Shown one piece after another: positions 11,329-22,200 of a stretch of 64,000 bases of DNA. Each line of letters begins with the position of its first letter. The first letter of the stretch is position 1. The stretch is from Oikopleura dioica (Eukaryota; Animalia; Chordata), in contig OU015569.1 in the NCBI GenBank assembly GCA_907165135.1, positions 1,054,001 to 1,118,000 of the forward strand, written 5' to 3'. Position numbers and translations under genes: made by a program. The notes under the pieces are model-generated. The model was not told the DNA's origin and did not search any database. It saw only the letters and a list, made by a program, of their open reading frames with translations.

Positions 11329-12762
11329 ATGAATTCGGAATCGGGGAGAGATGCTAACCCAGGGCCTTCCACGGAGTCGGAGCAACAATTTTCTGGTCCC
11401 CCACAGCGCGCTCCTGGACCGGATAATTGTCCCATCTCCCCTTCTGAGGAAGCCGAAGAGCCATCACAAGAGAGAAGTCCTGAATTTTGGATGAGTCCAG
11501 AACGAACAACCCTCTACTTTGGAGACTGGGTTCTCGCCAAGACTAGCAAGCATGCGAAGCCATGGCCCGCAAGGATCGAGTTCGTCAACGGCGATCTCTG
11601 TCCGACTCGACGGCAGCACCGGCTCCCGCATATGGGCACAGTACCCTATGACCTCGACTTCAAGTAATAATCTTTGTTGATTTTCAGTTTCATGTTTTAT
11701 TTTAGATGGCCAGTGTTCTTTTACGGAACTCATAACGTTGCGTGGGTTTCCGACCGCAACCTAAAGAGAATGATAAAGGAAGAAAATCCAATTCCTGAAT
11801 TCGACCCCAAGCTCCAGTTTGGTACACGATTCGAAAGGGCCGTCTTCGAATTTTACGCCACTCCTTGGGTTGGTCTGGAGGAGTGGTCAGATCCTGAGCC
11901 CCGCTGGGAAGATTCGGTGAAGGATTTTAAGAAAAAAATCCAATCGCCACGATTGATAGGCTGGGCGAAGCAGATACCGCCTCACGACAAATTCATACCC
12001 GAGCATTGGAAGAATCATATTCGAGGTACGCTATGCACCGTAGAAACTCTTTTCAAACTAACTTTTGAAGTTGAGTCAGAGACCGGAGAACAGCCCGACG
12101 AAGATGGAGATCCAGTACAAGTTAAATACCAAGAAGCGATCTTCAAGCTCATTGACATGGAACCTGGGGACATCATCGGGGCAGTTTACCCAGACCACAA
12201 CAACGATATGGACTTCTTCATAGGAAACGAATCAAAATATATTGATTAACTTAAAAATATTCTTTTTTGATTCCTTTGAAAGGAGTCATCAAGAAAAAAA
12301 TCGAGGAGGAGCCGGCAATCGACGTGAACTTCGCGTCGCTTTGTCGAGGAACTGGCGAATATGTTGAAAACACGAAGGACCAAGACACGATTCCTTTATC
12401 GCGCCAAGGATATTTATATTTTCATGCGAAAGGAGAAGCCTTCGATTTCGAGAGCAGCCCAACGTCAGGGAAACTTCTGTTCAAGGCGAAAGAAAAGAAT
12501 TTCAAGCAGACGTTGCGAATGGCGGAGCTCACCTGGAAGCTCCATGTTGCTCAGGTAAAGAAACTATTTTTCACAAAATTTCAAAAATTTTACTTCCAGA
12601 TCTCGAAGGATGTGGACGGAGCTGAAATGGCCAAAGTCGAACTCGATCAACATCAAGCGCGAATTCAGGATATGAATTCCTTGTTCTTGTCCAGGTTAGC
12701 TTTTTCAGTATTTTTCATCGTTTACCTTGATTTTTAGTACTCGTGCCCGCGTCACCGAATGA
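11329..12762 (+). CDS. PWWP-domain protein (HDGF-related-type PWWP), 6 exons
   Basis: YFGDWVLAKTSKHAKPWPARI...KWPVFFYGTHNVAWVSDRNL matches PWWP consensus (GD.V.AK...WPA.I ... VFFFGTH..A.); short introns at about 11666-11705, 12026-12070, 12224-12282 (GA-AG), 12556-12599, 12695-12737; ends STRARVTE*. Confidence 0.85.
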
Positions 12763-13233
12763 TGAAGTTTATTATCATGTATATTTCAACTTATCAAGTG
12801 TTGATAGAAATAAATTCACTGCAATTATACGATGCTTGACTGGCTCTTTCCCGAAAAAACGGCTTTGATTACGTTTTTTAAGTTTTCCATATCAAATTTG
12901 CAGGTTTGTTGAAGTAAGGCTGTCTCGAGGCATTATCTATTAATACACGGACAATGATATACATTAAAGCATTTATTCTTTAGGGTCTTACAAGCAGGAA
13001 GTAATTTTGTTGACAGTATTTGAAAAGGATGCTTTAGCAGAGGTATTAAATCTGAAAATCAGCCATTGCTCTGACCGTGTTGACGGGGTAGAATTTCTAG
13101 TTATCGGAGGAAACAGTTAACATTGTTTAGCTTCTTGAAGTCTCGGAGCACTGTAGACGTAGCTGTCATCAAGGATATAACGTTAGGTATCATTGAATTT
13201 TTACGGAATTTTCGCGGTTTGTGAAATATCTGC

Positions 13234-16200
13234 CTAGAACTGCGCAACTGCAGCTTGCTTGGGATGGTTGAGTCCTGGACTGTACTCGACTGGACTCTGC
13301 CACGTTGTCTGCGTTTTGGTGTTGTTATTCGGCGTCAGCGAGCCCATGTTTGCATCGCCTCGTCCTCGCGGAGTGCTATCTGTCGGTGGGGTCGACCAGG
13401 GATTCGACACGGGCGACGGCGTCAATAGAGATTCCGGAATATTTTCCTAAAAAGGCCGATCACGATCTGGGCACCTGGAGAGAAAACATGGATGATCGGA
13501 ATTGGATGAATGAATGGATGATTTGAATTTCGCTCGTGCAACATTGGTGGGGGTTAGAGGGAAGATAACTTGGTTATGGTTAATTACCTTTGATGGGATG
13601 ACATGGATGTACTTACATTGTCGGCAGGAGGTGAGTTGTAGTCTGGGCTGCCCTGCACAGCAGTTTCAGCCATTCTAAATATTAAAGTCAATTTCAAGAT
13701 TAAGTTGGAGAGCTCAAGACTTACAGAGAAGTTTGCTGGATTTGGTTCATCGGCGGTGATTGGAATGAACGACTGTATAGTGGATGTGCTGATGCGTGGA
13801 AGCTCGTGTACTGGGCCATGTGAACTTGGGTTGTCCAAGCATCGTATGATTTGTTGTGCGCACCGTAAGGCGCACACGGCATTGTCTGGTTCATCTCCAG
13901 ATAATGTGTCATGTGTGCGGGAGCGAATGGCCCTCCGTGTAAGCCCTGGGCTTGTTGAAGTCGGGACTGAGGGTGCAATGTCTGATATGGGAAGTTGCGG
14001 TCGTTCGGAGGTGTCAACGGGCTTGATCCAGCTCCATACGCACTCGGAATATTCGTCATAGACCGAGCATATGGATGTGCTGGCCTGGCTCCGCCTTGTG
14101 GCTTAGATCGCTTAGCGTTCTTTGAATTTTTGTTGTCTGGACGCGACCGCTTCTTGCTTGGAATGGACTTTTTCTGTGAGTTGAAGAATGTTGCATTCTT
14201 TTGACAAGAGTTGTAGTCAAATAAGTGTGAGTTGACCGCACTCTTTAGGATTCGGACGACATCCTCGTGTCCTCGTTGGGCAGCGATATCTTCGGGTTTT
14301 CGACCAGCGATGTCCGCGGTATCTTTCGCTGCCATGTGTCCCAGTAGCACTAAAATATAGATTAGATTTTGAACAAAAAGGAAGATATTTTACCTTCAAC
14401 GCATTCTCGCGCTCCCTCTCTGGAAGCAAGGAAGAGAGGAGTTTCTTCTCGTTCCGTCTGCAAGTCCTTATTAGCACCATGTTTGAGGAGCTGCTCGCAA
14501 GCGGCTGAGTTGTTGACTTCTGCCGCCCAGTGGAGGGCAGACTTGCCAGTATTATCCACGACATTGACGTCAACATTTTGCTGGATGAGCTCTTGAATTC
14601 CCCACTCGATTGCAAGCTTTGCAGCTGTAATCAACGGTGTACTGCCTGACTCATCTTTCTCGTCAAAATTGACTCTCAAGTGAGGATTCTGGATAAGGAC
14701 ATAGAAAACACCCTTGGCGTCTGATGAGATAGCCACGTGAAGTGGAGTTCTGCCATTGTTATCCTTGATTGATGGATCTGCTCCGTTGCGTAAAAGTTGT
14801 TGAGCAAAAGACGAATTTCCATTCCGAGCTGCAAGATGAAGCGGAGTCTCTTCATATCGCGTGGTTTGATTGTTAGGAGAAAGTCCCGATTTGAGCAGTT
14901 GCTGAATATAAAATATTAATCCTACCGGCCATAATTCGTTAAATGTACCTGCATCTCTTCATCCGTATACGTATGATCCGATTGAATACTCATGATATGC
15001 AAAACATCACGTCCATCAGGGCCTTTCTGCGCGAGAATACTGTTCGGTTCCTGGTAAGGGATCATTGGATTTGCCTCTTCACTGGTTATTGGATAACCAT
15101 GCTGGGTCCAGTCTACGTTGCTACCTTTTGGATTGTAGATGTTTCCGCCGTTCATGTAAGGTGGTGACTGTCCATACATAAAGCTTCCCTTGTCATGACG
15201 TTTACCCTTATCGTAATAGCATGGCTGACCAAGTTGTCCTTGAGCATTTTTAGATCTCTTTGACGGTGGGTTCGGAATCGGTCCAAGTCCTTCCCAAAGG
15301 AAACCTCGCTTTCGCTTTCGATTTACAAGGACGCCGACAACGGTGGTGATCAAGAGTAGGGATCCAATCGTCATAACCATTGGGATATGATATTCCGGCC
15401 GAGAAGAGGTGGAAACATAACCAATATCGTGCATTCCAAAGTCTGGATACGCCAAACCGCCACTTACGCGTTGAGCGCTCATGTCACGAACAACGTAGCT
15501 TGCATCTTGATAGCATTGGTAGTTATCAATTCGAGAGCAACCGCGATTGTCAATCTTGAAGTTAACCTTCGATGTTCCTGGCTCTGCAACTCTTCTATGA
15601 CGAGTAGACGAACCATAACGGTCAATTTTTTCCATGCTGGTAATGAAGACGTTCGATTTCATCGAGATAGAGATTTGACGCTCTACTTTTTTCCAAAAAT
15701 CATCACCGCTGACTGAATCCTCCCGCATATCAATAGAAATGGTTATCTGGCCGCTGACGAGATCCTCGGGATCACCTAAGTTGCAGTCGAGACCGTCCCA
15801 TCCACAAGCAGCAGTGTTGCAAGCTTCATTGCACTCACCGTCGTTGTATTTCGTCGCGCAGAAAGATTCAAATTCGCAGCCTTCTCTAGAAGTATCCTGC
15901 TCACAATCTCTTCCATCGAACATGCACTTTTCAGTGTTACATTCTTTGTCACAGCGGCCGTTGTTGAAGAGATTACGGCAGCTGGCAACATCGCACGTGT
16001 CCCATGGATCTTTCTGACCTAGAGAGCATTGGCCGTTGCAATAGTCGCATTCTTTGACATTGCACTTAGGCTGGCAATTTTCTGAGTCGGGCATCAAACA
16101 AGTTGACTCTGAGACTCTAACAGCACAAGTAGGACCACTATATCCGTCACGGCACTCACAAGTTTCTTGGCCACTTGGAGTCGTTACACAGGCATCAGCA

Positions 16201-19200
16201 TTGTAGCAGTATCGAGCGCCACATTCCAGGGTCTTTTCCTCGCATCGTTCACCATACGTATTAGGCTATAAGATATAGTTAGGTTATTCATAAATTCAGT
16301 TTTAATTCATAGCATTTTCACATAGAGAAAACACATATCTCCAGTAGCCACTCACCTCAACGCAATGGCACTTAAAGCCGGTATTCGTATAGAGAGCTAA
16401 GCTACAAACGGAATCATTCATGCAGGGATCTTCTTCGTCGCATGGGCTCTTTTCTGGAGGAGTGTAATCCTGGCAATAACGTCCGTGGTATCCATGCTTG
16501 CACTCACAGATGAAATCGTTGAGCTTAAAATAGAGTAAGTTGAGAAAAAATTATCAAAAACTTACGATGGGCTCGCAATTCGCTGTTCCGACATCATCGC
16601 AAGTGTTTTCATAGCAGAAATTTTCAGTCGCCTCGCAGCGAGAGCCAGTGTAGCCGGCTTCACATTGGCAGTTGAAGTAGCCGTACTGCCCGTTGACGGG
16701 AACGAGTCCGTCGGTACACTTTCCATGGCCCATGCAAGGTTCTTTATCATCAGACGTTGGCTTGATACAGTCGTCCTCGTTGATTTCACAGTTGTTGCCA
16801 GAGATACCCTTAGGACAAATGCAGAAGTATCCTCTCTCGAAGTTGTAATTATCGACCACACAAGTACCGCCATTTTGGCAAGCGTGAGCTTTATTACAAA
16901 GATCGTCTCCAATGAATCGTTCACAGTGATGACCTGCATAAGCTTTCGGACATCTGCAAGTAGCGTATGAGACGAAGGTTGATTTCTCTTGGACAAAACA
17001 TTCGCCTCCATTATGGCAAACATGGTTTTTGCAGAGGTTCACTTCTGTTTCGCAATGATCACCCGTGAATCCTTTCTGGCAGGCGCAACTATGTCCGTGT
17101 CGTTCGTTTTGACATTTACCAGAGTTCTTGCACACTTGAGATTCGGAAATCTTGAGCGACACTGCTGCAGCTTCACAAGTATCACGGGGGACGTCACAGT
17201 GCAAACCGCCATGCGACTTCGGGCATATACAGCGATAGCCAGCATCCTGTGAGCCGTCGTCGATGCAAGTGCCGCCATTTTGACAGAGGCCACGTTTCTT
17301 TTGACACAGCTGGGTGAGATTCTCACAGCGAGCGCCGAAAAATGCTGGATTACATTCGCACTCGAAGCCTTCCACTTTGTCCTTGCAGATTCCCTTGTTC
17401 AAACAGGAATCTGCTTTGCAATCATCGATGTTTGTCTCGCAAAACTCCCCACTGAAGCCTCGTGGACACTCGCAGCGGAACTTCAACTCTTCGTCTACAA
17501 GATATTCATCGCAAGTCCCGTTGTTCGCGCATGGATTTGGATCACATACGCTCATTACGATTTCACATCGCACTCCTCTGAAGCCGGCAGGACACTTGCA
17601 TTGATAAGAATTGACCATATCTTCGCACTGGCCGCCATTGAGACAGGGATTTCCTTCGCACTCGTTGATTTCTTCTTCGCATCGGACGCCCGAGAAGCCA
17701 TCTTTGCAGTCGCAAGTGAATCCTCTTCCCGAAGTATTGTTGATGCAACTTCCTCCATTCTTGCATGGCGAATGGGCACAGTCGTCAATATCGTGCTCGC
17801 AGTGCTTTCCCTTGAAGCCATCGCATTTGCAGTAATAACCTCCTTTAGTATTCTCACAGGAGCCGTTGTTCTTGCAAATTCCTCTATTTTCTTTGCACTC
17901 GTCAACGTCGATATCACAGAATCGGCCAGTCCACCCGGATGGGCAGTCGCAAATGGCTTTATTGTCGTAATCGTGTCTACAGATTCCTCCATTTCGGCAT
18001 AAATTGTCGACCTCCGAGCATTCGTCGAGCCTCGTGTTACAATATTTACCAGTGTAGCCCGGGTCACAAACACACTCGACAGTGTCTCCGTCTTGCGAGC
18101 GGCAAGTTCCATGCTTGCACGGATTGCGCGCCTTGCAGACTGTCGAAATTTCGCATTGCTTGCCTTCGAAATTCGGCGGGCACTTGCACCTACACTTGTC
18201 TGTTCCACTGCCGAAGTGATCGCCAACGGGGACGGAGACACCATTGTTCTGGCAGTAGCCGTTATCCGCACAGACATCTATTTCGCAATTGACTCCACTC
18301 CAGCCAGCCGGGCAATCGCACGCGTATTTACCACCATTCTCGATGCATTTTCCGTAGTTGAAGCAAGGATTCGGGGAGCAGGCAGCTGTCTCCGAGTAAC
18401 AACGATCGCCCCAAGTTCCTTTTGGACAGATGCACTTGTACTCGTTGATGAGGTCCACACATTCGCCCTTGTTCAGGCAGGGATTGGACTCGCAGTCGTC
18501 AATGTTATTTTGACAGAATTGACCGTCGAATCCAGGCTTGCACTCGCAGACGCACTTTCCAACGCTATCTATCGCGATGCCTCCGTGCTCGCACGTGACA
18601 CCAAGACATTCGTTGACGTTGTCTTTGCAGTATTCACCGCCAGTTCCTTTCGGACAGATGCATTCGAATTTACCCGGCGCTGGGACTTTGCATTCGCCGT
18701 TGTAGCAAGGATCGTTCAAACACGGGTTGATAGGCTTGTCGCAAAGTTTTCCTTCCCATCCATCTTCGCACTCGCAGCTGAAGTCGTTCACGTAGTCCGT
18801 GCAGATTCCATTTTTACACGGGTTAGGCGCACATTCGTTTACGTTTTTGGTGCAGTTTCGACCTGTCCAGCCTAGAAAGATCAAATAAATTCAATTCTTC
18901 AATATCGATAAGTAAATATAAAAAGCTCCAGCCCTGGCTAGTTCCAATAGCGTCAATGACAACTCAAAGCCGTGGGAAAGTGCCCACTATTTATGGATTT
19001 GGATTTGTTTAGTTTTCGGGATTTCAGCGCGGATAAAAGGCCGCGCCAATTCACTTTTTTATACAATTATTATTTTGAAAGTTATAACACAAGTATCAAG
19101 TTATCAAGTTTGGAATTTGGAAGCTTCGAAATTGTCACTGTGGTAATGGACATAGCGCGCCGAAGGAAGCACCTGCACACGGCTTTCCAGGTGCTCTCCT

Positions 19201-22200
19201 CCACCGCCATGGATAATTCGATCAACTTATTGAGCCTACCTTCGGAACACTCGCAGCGATAGTCATCTATCTCGTTGTGGCATTTTCCATTGTTGCAGGG
19301 ATAGTCAGCGTGCGCGCAGTAGTCTTTCCGTCTCTCACAGTTATTGCCTTCGTAGCCTAAAATTAATTAATGAGAAGCCGATTTAGTCAACGTGCATTTC
19401 GATAAATAACGTCAGTGATAATATCCAAAAACGCTTCTCAAAGATTCGAGCAAGTCTGCCGGAATTCGCGAGAAAATACACTTTGATTTGCATTTGTTAA
19501 AAACGCAGCGCGTTTATGAATGTTTCAGAAAGTGAGTGCCAGAATCCACAAAGGTCGGCAAGGCCATTACGGCGCGTCCGAGTGAAACTAGTTATAAGCG
19601 AGTCAGTCTTTCTTACCTTTCTCGCAGATACATTCGAAGCCGTCGTATCGTTCGCGACAGCGGCCACCGTTGAGGCAAGAGTTCTTCTCGCAGTGCATCT
19701 TTCGCCGCATACAGTCTTCTCCTTCGTGACCTTAAAAATTCATCAATAACTGTCAGACACGTGTCTCGGTGGGGGTCAACCGTTACTCCTCGTCTGGGAA
19801 AGGTGGCCCACTTTCTTTGTGATAATAAATTTTACTCCTAATCGATTTGTTAACTTCTAAGAGCTCCTAGGTACATTCCTAGCCTTGGAGTAAAAGGCGA
19901 GAAGTTGGTGTTTAGCCATTTTTGGAAGAAAATATAATAACCGTGAGAAAATCTTGTCCCCGCCCGTTCCGTGAATAATTAAACAAAAATATAAACTCCG
20001 CGCCTAGCATCCCCTTTTTGGAGCGGGCGCGCTCGCGTAAATCGTGTCGACACACTTTGTCAAGCACGAACTGGGAAATACTTTGTACACAAAAACTGTT
20101 CAACTTGAAAACCATAGTTAAAATGATAACCACGTGTTCATTAATTAAGCACAGACTTCTGGCGACTCCAAAACATCATGAACCATTATTTTTCAAATTG
20201 GCAGCGCGTAGTTAGCTGGCGCATAATAAAGACTTGAGGACTCAGAGCATTGTTTGTTTCATTAGCTCGTAAAATATGATTAGCTTCCGATTTTCCCATG
20301 GTCGCGCTGGCAGCGTAATCGATCAAAGGGTCGATGCCCAGTCGGTGGCAAATGTCAACTTTTATTTAAAAAATTCTTCGAATCGAAAAATCAGAAGGTG
20401 CAAAGAAGGTGCTTACTTGGAGGGCAGGAACAGTAGTAGCCCTTGGCAAATTTGGGATCCATTATGCAAGTTCCTCCGTTGAAACAAGGCTTTTCCTTTT
20501 CGCAGAGGTCGACTGTATCCTCACATAGCTTGCCCGTGTATCCTCGATCGCACTTGCATTCCCAGCTGCCGGGATGGTTGACGCAAGTGCCGAATGTACT
20601 ACAAGGACTGTCCAGGCATTCGTCGATGTCTTCTTCGCAGGTCTCTCCTTCCCAGCCGTTGTGGCAAGTGCACACGGCAAAGCCATCTTCGGACGGGTCA
20701 CAGAAGCCGTTTCCACAAGGGTTCACGAAGCCAGGACCGTAGTCGTAGCACTCGTTGATCAAATCGCATCGAGGGCCTGAAATTCGGGAATGAGAAAAAA
20801 AAATGAGTACGAAAAGAGAGAAAGCGCGATAAGTATTGATAACATTGTGTTCGGCTTTTAACGGCGGCGGCGCATTATCAGATTCTAGAGCACCTTGGTG
20901 GCACCTTTTGGATCTGGAGTAAAAATTTATCTGCGGTATGGGAACTTGCGCTAAGCGCCAACCCAAATATGCGATTTCGACCGCAGCGACATAGCGTCAT
21001 TGGTAGCCAAAAAAGAGAGAGAGAGTGCCGTGGCGCAGTGTACAAAATCTGAAACTTTAAGCACCATCAATTAGCGTTATCTGATTCGAATGTATCAACC
21101 GCACCATCCGACCATCACTTATTCTGCTCTAAATAAACCTAAAGACCGGTGATTATTCAGACCGAATTTGAGCCAAACCAAAAATGATTATCGAGTTTTT
21201 AACTGACTAATTTTTAACTGAGAAGGGAAAAACGTTTTACAAAATGTCAACTGTCAGTTTTGGGCGGTACTCTTTTAGGGGAGCCTGTGCACATAACTTG
21301 GCAGTGTAAAATTGTTTTCTGTCCGGTTAGTGTCGTTTTACGTTCCTTTACGTTTTTTTCAGTGAGCCGAGTGTGGTCAAGTGAGCCGGTACGGATCAAA
21401 CGGCGCTCTTTTGAAATTTTTGACATTGGTGCTTTGGTGGTGCTTGAGCTGCCTTTTGCGCCATTTTATGCAATTATCGGGACAGGTTGGTTCCCACGCT
21501 CAGCACCAACGGCCGGCGCCGCATGCGCTTCTCAAGGGCTGCCGTATATTTTACAAAGGAACGCGCAATTTACACGCACTAACTGTTTAGCGCGATTAAA
21601 AGTAAAAATTAAAAAGGAAGACCCTTTCAAAGAAAACTTTTATTTTGAAAGAATTATCTTGGCTCTCTTTATGAGTAGATCTTTAGGAGTTGGACTTACC
21701 CATCTTTCCAGGTGGACAAAGGCAAGTGTATTTCCCGAGTTTGTCAACACAGGTGCTGCCCTCGGCGCAATCATTGACGCGGCAATCGTCGTCGTTTATC
21801 TCGCAGTTGGAGCCGCTGAAGCCGTTGATGCAGAAGCAGTCGTAGCTTCCCAGGGTGTTGACACAGGTCGCGCCGTTTTTACACCGGCTGCCCATGGTCG
21901 TCGAGCACTCGTCCACATCCAGTTCGCAGTGTTTGCCAGTCCAACCGGCCGTGCAAATACAAGCATATCCGCCCGTCATGTCCTGGCAGGTTGCGCCGTT
22001 GTAGCACTGGTGGTTTGCGCAGTCGTCTACGTTTTCCTCGCAGTGCGGTCCTTCAAATCCAATGTTGCACTCGCAGATCGACTTTCCATCCGCTCGTTTC
22101 TTGCAGGAGCCGTTGATGCACTTGCTAGAGTCGCAGGGTTCGGAGGTAGCGCGCTCGCAATTCTGACCAGTCCAGCCAGATGGGCACATGCAAGTGTAGC

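Noticed and set aside
17280-18875. Long + strand ORFs (240 and 260 aa) and similar ones at 21260-22294 and 20443-20742
   Set aside because: Antisense shadows of the Cys-rich Notch EGF exons; no independent coding signal.
21025-21060. gccgtggcgcagtg resembling a tRNA 5' end/A-box
   Set aside because: No B-box/T-arm or cloverleaf downstream.
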